Below, one piece after another: positions 25,198-37,165 of a stretch of DNA of 64,000 bases. The notes beneath the pieces are model-generated. The model was given only the letters and a program-made list of their open reading frames with translations, was not told the origin of the DNA and did not search any database. The stretch's first letter is position 1. Each line of letters begins with the position of its first letter. Origin of the DNA: Utricularia gibba (lineage: Eukaryota; Plantae; Magnoliophyta). Both the position numbers and the translations under genes were made by a program. The stretch lies in NCBI GenBank assembly GCA_002189035.1, contig NEEC01000017.1, forward strand, positions 124,001 to 188,000, read 5' to 3'.

Positions 25198-27882
25198 ATG
25201 TCTCCACAACCGGCTAAATCCAAGCGTTTGGACTTGGAATCATTTCCAGATTTGTTGAGGAACAAATTAGCATATGGGGAAGACCAGAATAAGCCAGATT
25301 TCAGAGAACTTGATTTGGGCTCGCCTATTTCGCCACTTCGGACAAGAACTGGCGGTAGGCTAACTGGCACTACCACTACATCGAGTTGCAGCTCTAGCTC
25401 CTCAGGATCGTTTCCAGACCGTGTTTCAACAGGAACCAATTCGGATCTGCCAAGAAAGTCTGGTTCAAATCCCAACAGCCATTCCGGAGAGATTTCGGTC
25501 CAAAGTTCACCTCCCCCGGCCCGAAAAATCAGGCATGTTCACAGTCGGTCGGAGTCTGTAGTGTCCCACTCTCCTATATCCTCCGGCTCTGGTTCCGTTA
25601 CATCTCCAGCCGGCAATGTGCTTCCCAGTGGTAACATTTGCCCATCTGGCCTGATTTTTAAATCTGCCATCACAAATAGATCAGCTAGACCCGACTTATT
25701 GGGTTCTGGTTCCGCAGACTACGGCAGCGGCAGCGTAATGCGGGGCTTTGTTTCATCAAAACCCAATACAGAAAGCGGACCGCCGAGCTACCCTAATAGG
25801 CTATTGGTTGGTTCGGATCCGGGGAAGAAAACTGTAGGGAGCAGTAATAGTGATCCGGACGAGTTTAGAAGAATGGGTAATGAGAGTCATAAAAAGGGCA
25901 ACTTCGCTGAGGCTCTGAGCTTCTATAACAAGGCCATTGCTATATCTCCAATGAACCCTGCGTATCGGTTCAATCGCTCCGCAGCTCTAATGGGCATGAA
26001 ACGTCTTGCTGAAGCTGCGGCAGAATGCGAGATGGCCGTTAAGTTGGATCCCGGGTACGCGAGGGCTCGCCATCGTCTTGGATCTCTGTTTCTTAGGTGA
26101 GTTTTACCGGTTCCTTCTGCAATATAACGTTTTTTTTTTTTTTTTGGCCCCTTGCATCGGTAGATTTTCGCGTGTTCTAACTTGTCGTGCTTTATAGAGG
26201 CTTCTCATTATCGTTACCTATGGCGCTTGGGTTGTAGACAAGCTTCAATTACTAGAGTTCCCTTTGCCTATGGCATTTTTTGTATGTAGATATGTATTAA
26301 TTCCAAGAAATGCAGCCTTGGCCAGATTGAGCATGCGAGGAAGCACATTTTTTTTACGGGAATAAAACAAGATTCAACGCTGTTGCTTAAACTTCAATGT
26401 GTGGAAAAACATCTGAGCATATGCGGTGATGCTCGTAGAGCTGGCGATTGGAGAAGCATGTTGAAAGAGATAGATGCTGCCATTGCTTGCGGAGTTGAAG
26501 CATCACCTCAGGTTGTTATGAGTCTTAGGTTGAATACCATAAGTCTGATGCAGTTTGACTCTCATTCCGTAATGACACGATTTGTTGCTCATTCAGTTTT
26601 GGGCGTGTAGAGTTGAAGCCTTGCTGAGGCTCCATCATTTAGACGATGCAATTTCAGCTTTTTCAAATGTGGATATCAGCGAAGCATCTGCAGGTTTGCA
26701 GTCGAGGATGTTTGGGATGCTATCAGAGGCTTATATTTTATTTGTTAGAAGTCAGATTAAGCTTGCTGAAGGAAGGTGAGTTTCAAATACGAACAGTTGT
26801 TTTAATGGAGATTTTTCAAGTCTGCCATTTTAGTGATAAACAACCGCAGGTTCGATGAGGCACTTATGGATATTGAGAGAGCTGGACAAATGGACGCGCA
26901 GAATCCTGAAGTTGCATCTTTGCTTAACAATGTGAAGATGGTGAACCGAGCACGTGCTCATGGGAATGAGTTATACAAGTCATGCAGATTCACAGAGGCC
27001 TGTTCGGCATATGCTGAAGGTCTCCGGATGGATCCCACGAATTCCGTTCTCTACTGCAACAGGGCAGCTTGCTGGTTTATGCTTGGTCAGTGGGAACGAT
27101 GCTTAGATGATTGCAACCAAGCCCTTCGTATCCAACCCCGCTACACCAAAGCTCTCATGCGCAGGGCAGCCGCATGTTCCAAGGTAAATGCATGCCTTTC
27201 TTTTTTTTTTGTAATTATGTTAATACTAGCAGTCTGATCAGAAATGTATTGTGATGGAGTATAGCTAGAGCGTTGGAAGGAGGCTGTTAGGGACTATGAA
27301 GCTCTGAGAAAAGAACTGCCGGATGATAATGAGATTGCCGAATCATTGTTTCACGTACAAGTGGCGTTGAAGAAATCTCTCGGAGAAGATGTATCGAACT
27401 TGAAATTTGGCGGGGAGGTGGAGTCGGTTTCAAGCGTTGAACAATTCCGAGCCACTATATCATCCCCCTGTAAGTGTTGCTTTGACCTCCTCATCAAACG
27501 GATGGTCCTCATGCTGTATGAGTATCTGGTATTCTTACAGGTGCTTCAGTGGTCCATTTCAGAACAAGTTACAATTTCGAATGCAAACAGATATCGCCCT
27601 TCCTGGACACACTGTGCACCAAATATCCATCTGTCAACTTTCTCCAGGTAATGTGTAGTGGAGGGATTTTTTAGCTCGTGCCTGCCATCGTTTTCTTAAA
27701 GATGCATTTGCTGCTATGCGTTGAAGGTGGATATTGAGGAGGCGTTTGCAGTCGCCCAGGCAGAGAATGTGAGAGTAGTGCCAACTTTCAAGATATACAG
27801 GAAGGGGAACCGGATGAAGGAAATGGTTTGCCCTAGTCGGCAAGTGCTGGAATCATCGGTGAGACATTATAGCAGCACGTGA
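25198..27882 (+). CDS. TTL1: Tetratricopeptide-repeat thioredoxin-like protein (TTL family), 7 exons, about 691 aa
   Basis: Exons 25198-26096, 26316-26511, 26597-26775, 26850-27183, 27265-27469, 27541-27647 and 27727-27882, all GT-AG and phase-consistent (2076 nt). N-terminal [17 protein letters not shown] repeats (LYCNRAACW) and a C-terminal non-catalytic thioredoxin fold ([22 protein letters not shown]). Confidence 0.93.
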
Positions 27883-28619
27883 AGAGTGTATTGAGTCCAC
27901 AATGTCACAGTCTCAGCCATTCGTACGGCGAGCAAGCGGGGACGGGGGGGAAGGTCATGAGCATCACCCCTGAACACCAACCGGCCATTGCATCTTTCAG
28001 TTTGGGAACATTGTTAGTATCAGAACCGTGGGGAGGAGGGGGTTTGCAAAGGCGTCAGCAACAGCAGCATATTATTCATTGGTAGGCCGGAAGGAGCCAG
28101 ATTTGTGCAGCAAGAGGATCGTTGTTAAGAAAATGTAGCTTCTGGGGGCACCAGATGCTCTCACCCGCATAGTTTATTCATTCACCAACCTTTTTGCCTT
28201 TTCTTTTCTTCCATTCGTTTCTGGCTCGCTTGGACTATATCCATAAGCGTGTTCCTTCACTTTTTTTGTGTTGTTTACAGTGGAGTAAGCTCGGCACCGG
28301 GAGAGAAACCTTATAAAGTTGGTGAATGCGTGCGTCTGATGGATACCCTGAAAATGGAGACCCCTGGTTCGTGTTAGCGCCTTCGTCGTCCATAGCGTTC
28401 CATGTACTGTGCTAGCTTGCTGTAGATGATAATGGCCATTAGTATGACTACTGGTATTAGTATTGGTGTTAGTATTAATAGGCAGGACAGGGGAATTGAA
28501 TGCAGAGAGAGAGGAGCGGTGGGGGGTTTGGAAAAGCGTATCACCTTGCCACCCACGCATTTAAATCGAACACGTTTGTAGCGTGATCCCATAAATGTAT
28601 GTTACAGGTGCTAGTTTTT

Positions 28620-30860
28620 GGGGGTCATTTTGAAATCTAGTTACTCAAAAAGTAATTTTAAAAAAATAAACAACTATGTGTATTATATGACAAATTTAGT
28701 TATCTTTTATTTTTTATTTTATTTTATTGTTTTAGTTTTCTTTTAATTATATTTATTAATAGTATTTGGAATGTCTTTTTAAAAAAATCGAACTATATTA
28801 TAGTATAATCATATGTTTATTTTATTAAATTTCAATATAAAAAAAATTGAGAATTTACAATGACATATGCTAAATAAATGTAGTAGTTATATGATACATG
28901 TAATTTATATTATTTTTTATAAAAAATTAAAACAATGCTATTATATCATTGATTCCAAAAAAAAAAAAAAACACATCGAATTATTTAAGATAATGATATA
29001 ATGAACAATTAATTTTAATTATTGAAATGTAAGAAAATCATAATTTAGAATTTTACATTTAGAGTTTAGGGTTTTACATTTAGAGTTTATGATTTTACAT
29101 ATATATATATGAGATATAGATTATCTCATAAATTTTTTTTATCTCCATCACTAATAATTTAAAATAGCAATCTCATCTTTAGGGTACTCTCTATCACATG
29201 TTATTGATAATATTTATGTGTATGAACAATAAAAAAAGTTATCACAATACAATATAAAGTATAAAACCAATACAGTATCTCACAAGTTTGTGTATGCACA
29301 TGCATCTCATGGGTTTGTGTAGGCGTATGATCTCATGGGTTTGTATATGCATATGCATCTCACGGATTTGTGCAGGCACATGATCTCACGGGTTTGTGTA
29401 TGCACATGCATCTCACGGGTTTGTGCAGGCACATGATCTCATGGGTTTATGTATGCACATCATTCACGGGCTTGTGTATGCACAAAATTTATGGGTTTGT
29501 GTATAATGCAATGAATCATTTGAATGCTATATTTTTTTTTTACATTTTGTAATATCCATGTATGTATATAAGTCATTCAACACAATTAGTAATGAATCAT
29601 GGCGAATCCAATTCCAGATATGAAGATGTAGTTCCAAAGGTTTTTATGGAGGGAATATTATTGTATATGAGAAAGGTTAACATGGTTATGATAAAGATTT
29701 GATGGCTTTTTACAATTATCATCGTGATTTAGCATCTACAGATATGAAGATGTAGTTCTATGAACTGCTAGATCTCGACTTGTCAAAGCACGCTCTCAGT
29801 ATTTATGCTCAATATTTCGATATCCACACCTAGGGTACGCGATATATGGATCTAACATTAGATTACGATGTTATATTTTTGAACCATTCCAATCACTATG
29901 GAATGGCTTTGGATATCTTTATTTCTAGTTATGTGCATGTAGTAGCGACGATGAGATCATTCAATCTAAACCAATCATCTTCTAGCAATTCTTATGAGAA
30001 TCAATACTTGCCACATGGATTGAATAATCCAAATTCATTGGGGGTGATATAATGTATTCTATAGTAGAATATCAAACTATTTGCAATGATGAAAATTACA
30101 ATCCAGAGGAATCTCACCATTCTAAAGACCATATGATTGATAGTTTTGCTGATTGTGATCATGATTGTGATTTACAAGGAGAAGAGCAATCTAAGCACTG
30201 GGTTCCAAATAAATTTATAGTAAATGTAACCAGAAACATAGATGCTCAAGAAGATGAAAGTGACGAGATACCATGTCTCTTGGTGAAGGGTCAATTATTT
30301 CCCATCAAGGAATCATTCCGATCGGTTGTTGTTGATTACTCTCAACAGATAGGCCGTGAGTATCATGTTACGGATAGTGATACCACACATCTTGAATTAC
30401 GTTGCTCTTTACGAGCAACCCAAGACTACAAATGGAGAGTACAAGTAGGACAATCTAAAAGGCTTATGGCATGGAAAATCTCTACTGTTGAAAAGTTCTA
30501 TACATGTAGATGTCTCGGCCTTCGTTCATTTAACCGTAGAAACATTGGATCGGAATACATAGCAAGAATAGCAATTCCCTTTACTCAAAAAGGATATACG
30601 AACGAAGGTTAGCACAATCCAAACAACAATTAATACTGAGACTGGTTATGTTATTCCATATCATTGAGTATGGTATGGAGTACGACGAGGGTTTGAATTA
30701 ATACATGGAACTTGGGAGTCATCAGTACAAAAGCTCCCTACTTTTCTACAAGAGGTAATGATCCAAAATCCCAGATCAATTGTTAAGTTCGAGAATAAGC
30801 CTAGAGACACATTACATTTTGTTTTTTAGGCTTTTGGTCCTTGCATCAACGCTTATCAAT
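28620..30860 (+). mobile_element. Truncated MULE (one TIR-like end plus the N-terminal part of a MuDR transposase)
   Basis: Begins GGGGGTCATTTTGAAAT, similar to the terminus of the MULE ending at 24550. ORF 30052-30612 has GQLFPIKESFRSVVVDYS...YHVTDSDTTHLELRCS...WRVQ...WKISTVEKFYTC (MuDR plant DNA-binding region). No matching right TIR found. Confidence 0.7.
29277..29505. repeat. Tandem repeat, about 9 units of 26/27 bp (ATCTCAyGGGTTTGTGyAkGCACATG[C])
   Basis: Units read directly from the sequence. They alternate between a 27-bp ..TATGCACATGC type and a 26-bp ..AGGCACATG type. Confidence 0.92.
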
Positions 30861-31383
30861 AGTTGATAACACATATTTTTGAGTGGCTCAATATATGGAA
30901 TTTACTCATTTTATGCTACAAAAATGAAGCTTAATTGCCTGTTTCTATATTTTTGCACTTTTAGTCTTAATTGGGAGAATAACTTTTGTCAACTGAATGA
31001 TGAATCCATATCACACAAACATCATTATTTGAATTGTCATATGCAATACTTTCTTTTTTGACTAAGTGATCTACTAAATGATAAAGTCAAGTTTATTTGA
31101 ATTGAGTCCCACAAGATAAAAAGACTGTATCGAAGTGAGCTATTTGGGTGTAGAAAGAAATGATCCATATTTTCATGATATATTTCAAATATATAATATA
31201 AAGAATGAACTTCTAATACTTGAAAGGGGCTTCTATTTAAGTTAGATTTTCCATTCAGTTGTAAAAGAGAAGAAGAGTTAGGAGAATGAAAAATGTTTTG
31301 AGTCTTGAAAATAAGATGAAGTAGAAAAAAATATTGTGAGAGTTAGAGATAAAATACCATTTTTTAGAAAGAAAATCAATTAT

Positions 31384-31402
31384 GCTCTGATATCATGTTG
31401 AA
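31384..31402 (-). other. Relic copia LTR end and PBS
   Basis: The minus strand reads TTCAACA-TGATATCAGAGC, an LTR-like end followed by the Met-PBS TGGTATCAGAGC with one mismatch. The rest of the element is unrecognisable. Confidence 0.4.
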
Positions 31403-31786
31403 AGTCTCAAAAATAAAGAAAATAAAAAATGAGTTTATATCATTCGAAAATCTATTAAAATAAATGATTTTTAGAAAGTAAATTACTTGTACTCTAATAT
31501 TATATATCTTATACATATTAATTTATATAATCATGAACTATGGAAAGTATCATATTTCTATATTATCTGGTGCCACAAAATAAAACAAGGGTATAAATTA
31601 TTAAACTAAAGAAATTCTCGATGAAAGAAAAAGATAAAATTATCAAAATAACGTCCATGAACTACACTAAATCAAACTCAAGTTTTCTAGACTATGGAGG
31701 ATAAGAAAAAGTCTCAATATGAAATTTGTAATATGAAACAAGTAATAATGAGGGATCAAAGTAACATCGTTATACTTTTACCTAAT

Positions 31787-33368
31787 GACTGTGTTTGGTA
31801 GAAAGTATAAAGGGGGATAATTAAATAAGAAAAGTAAAATATGATGTTTGGTAGGTGGGATAAATTATATTTCGGATAATTTATACCATGAATATGAGAT
31901 AAAATAATGAAAGATGAAGGATTGGGATAAAATTATATTGTCATATGCCCTCTCTTCATATACACTTTTTGATAAATGGAAATTTTAGCAATGTTGTTGC
32001 AATAAAATTAAATTTCCGTATCAAATAAATTTATAAGCCCTAATCCTCACAAAATACAAATTAAACACAAAGTGTACAGTGGAATTCAGAATCGATCACA
32101 AGGAGCTTGTACTTGCTAAGTATTTTATCAGATGTAAAATTTGGAATAACAGTGGATCTTAATCTAAGCTCGAACTAATAGTGGTAAGCAAGTTCAATAA
32201 ATGAAATCAGGTCTCAATACTAAAGGTAACAAGTACTAGTTCTAACTCAAAGTAATACTAAGATGCCTTAAACAGGAGGTGTGATGCTAAAATGCCTAAC
32301 TTAATCTAACATGTTCTTACATTCACAACTTCAAATAATCTAAGTCTACCCAGGTCATTTATCATATTTTCGGTTAAGCTAATCCCCAATATCATCACCA
32401 ATATTGCAATTAGGTCTACCTGCATACAAAACATATAGAATTAGGTCTACCCGATTTTACTAGTTCTACCCCGGACTCATACCTACTATTCTCGTCTTGA
32501 TTTGTTGGTCTGCCTCTAAATCAAGCATCTTAGTTGTGAAACTACTTGTTTCCCTCCTTAGGTCTACGCATGGAATGATAGAAATAAAAACTAAGAAACA
32601 ATGATAAATTTTATTATGAATCCTAGATCCACACCACTATGTTTTACCTTAAGGCATCCCTAGCATTCTAGCTACTCATAGTTTGAAGGCAAAATGTGAT
32701 AACATTAACACAAAACAGCAAAAATGTCAAAAACATCATGAGAAAGTTGGTTGCTGAAACTAAAAATGTCAACAAATGAAAGTAAAGCAATAGAGTTCTG
32801 GTTTCCGTCTGCTACTGGTCACAAGTCGGAACAGTAGCACTGGACTGAATCTTAGTCTTCTTCCTTCACATTGAAGGTTCTTCTCTAGAAAATCGCACTC
32901 CTTCTCCTTCTGGTTCAGTATTCTTTGTGTTTGAGTTCGGGGAAAACCCCCTCGTGTGTGTGCTGCTAACTGCTGCTCCCACCCATTTGCAACTCTCTCT
33001 CTTCCATTTTTTTTTTATCTGTCTTGCACTTCCTAAAACAAGTACAATCTCTGATAGTTCTGCTGCTCCTGCCCCTGGCTTGCAGACTGTCGCCGCGACA
33101 ATGTACTCATTGCTCCCTGCACCCTCGTGACTTGCACGAAATCCTGATTTCTTCCATGATTTTCGGGTTGCTACTAAACTCATTGATTTAGCTCACTAAT
33201 ACACCAAAAATCACATTTCCCCTAATTATATAAAAATACTTTAAACTATAAAATTAATAATTAAATATAATTAAAAATATTTTGATTTTTATATTATAAA
33301 AGTAAGAAAATTTGTATGCTATCACTTTTTTATCCTAGGTATAACTTATTCATATACCAAATATACTC
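31787..33368. mobile_element. Possible Tourist/PIF-like MITE split by the solo LTR at 31970-33324
   Basis: GACTGTGTTTGGTA (31787) and TACCAAATATACTC (33355-33368) form an imperfect inverted pair. The interior is AT-rich with repeated GGATAA. No clean TAA/TTA TSD. Confidence 0.35.
31970..33324 (-). mobile_element. Solo LTR, Athila-like family D (1355 bp)
   Basis: TGATAAATGG...ATGCTATCA. Perfect TSD CTTTT at 31965-31969 and 33325-33329. Homologous to 42757-43849 in the opposite orientation. Confidence 0.88.
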
Positions 33369-34000
33369 AGTGTTTTACTACCACATAAAAATTGGTATTA
33401 TCTTCAATTGAGAGTTATGAGTAAAGATTCTAGTTGTTTTTAATAGGAATACACATGAGAAGAAAGATTTTATTTGTAACTAGAAAAAAAATTGAACCAT
33501 TTCTTGCTAAAAAAACTTATAATAAAAAATAGTCTTCAAACGGTTAATCTAGTTTAATAGTACATAATTATTAATTACGACTCTATCCTACATGTATTAC
33601 GAAAATACTTCGGGTTAGACATATTCAATACATATGGAATTTATTATATAATACATATTTTGAATGATTGATTGAAGCAATAAAAATTATTACTTAAATT
33701 GAGAAGGAAAAGTATTTACTACACACTAGCTTGAACTTCTTAGATGTTGATAAGATAGAAATGAGGAGGGTTTCAACCAAGTGAAGATAATAAGAGTAAA
33801 TCTATCACAGAACATTACAAAAGATCGAACATAAAAAAAAATTTAAAAGAAAAAAAAAAAAATATCATGTGTACTATAATGGAAGAGAAATTAAAATTAA
33901 AAAAATCAATAAAATATAAAAAAAATGTTTATTATTTGGATTTTAAATGAGTTTTATGGTGTACTTAAAAATTTTCTCGTTTTTTGTAAATGTATGTACA

Positions 34001-36782
34001 TAGGCTGAACTTTACGCATTTGATTTTGTTAAACATTACATGAATCCACATATATAATATATACAAATTGATAAAAGATCGATTTATATGAATCCATGTA
34101 AACCATTCAAGTCTATCCCAATTTTATTATTGAAATGCATAAAAGAATTCTTTATTTTTCTTTTCAAATATTGTAAATGCACATTTGGAGTGCCTTGAAT
34201 TTACTAAATTTTTTTTAAGCACATCACATCAATATGTTTGATGCATAAAATATTTTACTCTTATTTAACATCACAAAGTTATACTGATAGTACATTGATT
34301 TATTTGAATAAAAAAGGCATGAATATAATATATCATTTAATTTGTTTTAAAATCATGTGATTCCTTTGTTTTTTTAATTTAAAAATACAAGATATTGCAA
34401 CCACATATTTATGATACTTAAATTTTTAATTTAATTAGACACAATAAATCAATATTTGTAGTATTCAAATAATTTATTTATTTTTTAATTAAGTTTACAA
34501 TGAGGAAGAGGTTATCACTCAAACCTTGATGACCATCTATGCATCATCCATTTTTGTAGGAATTGCTTCAAGCTATTTGTATTTTGTGAGGATTATGGCT
34601 TATAAATTTATTTGATACAAAAATTTGGTTTTATTGCAACGACATTGCCAAAATTTTTGTTTATCATGCTATAAATGCTTTTTGAATTGAGAGAAAACTT
34701 GAAGGTATGTTTTCAGAAGTTATCTTCACATATTTGCCTTACTAAGGATACATGGACTTCTGTTCAAAATTTATGTTATATGTCTTTGACAGCACATTAT
34801 ATTGATGATAATTGGATATTGCATCAGCACATTATTAATTTTTTGTCCAATCAGTGGTCAGACATGTGAAAAAATAGCTATGTCTATAGAGAAATGCTTG
34901 TTAGGATGGGAAATTAGTAAGGTTTGTACAGTTAATGTGGATAATGTTAGTGCTAATGATAGTGGTTTAATATATTTACAAAAAAGGTTGAATAGTTGGA
35001 AGGGCATTATTCTTAATGGTGAGTATATGCACATGAGATGTGCTGTGCATATTTTAAACTTGATTGTGAAGGCTGGCTTGAAAGACTTGAATTAATCTAT
35101 TTGTAGAATTAAAAGTGCAGTAAAATATGTCAGGTCATCACTTTCCTGAGCCTTAAAATTCAAGTCATGTATAGAGAAAGAGAGAATTCAATGCAAGAGT
35201 AGTGTTTGCTTAGATGTGGAAACAAGATGGAACTCGACATATTTGATGTTAGAATCAACGGTGAAATTTGAGAAGGCTTTTGAATTGTTAGAAACAATTG
35301 ATAAAACTATTTGGAAGTGTTGAATCCTAAGAATTCCAATGGTGATAACTATCAAGACAAGCATATTGATATTTGAAAAAAAAAATATAAAATAAAAGTT
35401 GTGCCTACAGAAGTTGATTGTAAAAATGCAAATAAATTTTTATTATTTTTGAATGTTTTTATGAAACTACTTTGAAGCTTTAAGGATGATTTTATGTTAC
35501 TGGAAATGATTACATGAAAGAAGTCTATGAGATTGGATTTTTTCTTTCCAAAATGTGTGTTAATATTGACAAGGATATTGCTTCTATGGCCTCAAGAATG
35601 AAAAAGAAACATGACAAATATTGAGGGGGCATTGATCGGATCAATATCCTTATTTTTGTGGCTATCATCCTTGATCCGAGATACAATTGATCTATGTGAA
35701 CTTGATCATTGATAAAACATGATAAAGAGGCTGCTACAATTTTGAAAGGAAAGGTGAATTCTGTTTTGCACGCCATGCTTGATACTTATTATGTTCCTTT
35801 CTTTAATGCCCAACAAACAAAAAGTCAAGTTGAGGAAAGATTCATTATGAATATTGATAATATCTCTCGAGCAGGTATTTTATTTATTTATGCAAACATA
35901 TTATTGTTTATTCTTTCTCTCAATGTGGTGATATTTTAAGTTTTGATATAGGTGATTACATGAATGCAATGTTTAACGATCAGCTTGGAGAGTTTGATAG
36001 TACTAGAAATAAATCTGAGCTTGACATATATTTGTTAGAAGTGATGGCTGATCGAAATGCTAAAGATTTCAATATATTAGAATGGTGGAAATCAAATGCC
36101 TCAAGATATCCCATACTTGCTACCATAGCTAGAGATATGATGGCTATACCAATCTCTACGGTGGCTTCAGAATCTGCCTTTAGCATAGGAGGTCGTGTTC
36201 TTGATCCTTTTCGAAGCTCTTTAGGTCCAAAGATGGTAGAAGCTCTTGTATGTGCACAAGATTGGATGAAAAAAGGTCACAAGCCTACCAGCAATGAAGA
36301 AATTTTAGAAGAAATGGAAAAGCTAGAAAAAGAAACAGGTTAAATATTTGCACTTTTATGCAATGATTTTTTTTTAAAATTTTTCATTTGAAACTCATTT
36401 TATCTTCTAAATTTAATTTACAGAAATTGGTAGTGAATAACATCATGTTATCAACATTGATGTCTAGACTATGGATATTGCATTGTGTTTTTTTGATGAT
36501 ATTTTGATTTTGTACTCATTTACTTTAAATGAGTATTTTGTCATTGAAGATTAACATATTATGACATTTTACATTGTTTATCATAAGAAATATGGTTAAT
36601 ATTCAGTAACAATTTTTCTTATAATTTTTTAGATGCAAATTGGTTTGATCTGTGGATTCCGAACTGATCCAATCCAATATATGTGGTTTGGATTACGGAT
36701 TGCAATTCTAGTGATCCGTAATGTACGGATTGGTTTGGATTTTAGGGCAATAGATCAGATATCTGATCCGTGAACAGCCATA
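34001..36782 (+). mobile_element. Decayed hAT DNA transposon (left boundary uncertain)
   Basis: The right end ...GATCCGTGAACAGCCATA (36782) resembles a TAGGGCTGTTCAC-type TIR, with subterminal GATCC/GGATT repeats at 36640-36770. The left end is only weakly suggested by TAGGCTGAAC at 34001. No 8-bp TSD recovered. Confidence 0.7.
34675..36343 (+). pseudogene. hAT transposase (DAYSLEEPER/RICESLEEPER-like family), BED finger missing
   Basis: ICLTKDTWTSVQNLCYMSLTAHYID, HMRCAVHILNLIV, CLDVETRWNSTYLML and the dimerisation domain EWWKSNASRYPILATIARDMMAIPISTVASESAFSIGGRVLDPFRSSL. Multiple stops and frameshifts. Confidence 0.92.
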
Positions 36783-36789
36783 CCTAGTA

Positions 36790-37160
36790 CGTGTAAGATC
36801 TCATTGCTGAGGTGCTGGTAGAATGAGCAAAACTAACTCACCAATTGTAAACTCCATCTTCTTGTGTTTTTTATCATAATACTTGGCCATAATCTTTGGC
36901 TTTGATGAAGACAAGCTTTTGCCAACTTCAACACTTCATCATGCTGTTTAAATTTAAATCCACAATGCCACCTTAACCCTCTCCTTTATAGACAACTTGA
37001 TCATTTATTCTTTGAAAGAAAAATCACTCCTCAACCAATGAAATATTTTATGCACACCCTCACGGAAAGCCTTATGGATCACTGATAATATGAGCTTGGG
37101 ATGTGTAAGGCTCTGACCAAGGAAGGGTGGATCATGATAGATTATTCATCCATGATACAC
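36790..37160 (-). pseudogene. Old gypsy integrase C-terminal fragment (host of the copia insertion)
   Basis: Manual minus-strand translation gives LAKACLHQSQ..AKYYDKKHKKMEFTIGELVLL, resembling the gypsy integrase tail. Confidence 0.55.
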
Positions 37161-37165
37161 GCTGA

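Noticed and set aside
28174-28592. Antisense small ORFs downstream of TTL1, including a 72-aa one with a hydrophobic stretch and basic tail
   Set aside because: The hydrophobicity comes from a low-complexity (ACTAAT/ACCAAT) tract. There is no known peptide-hormone motif and no support without Ribo-seq or homologues.
24550-28620. TTL1 as Pack-MULE cargo
   Set aside because: The two TIR-like ends face away from the gene, and the gene keeps all exons and an intact frame.
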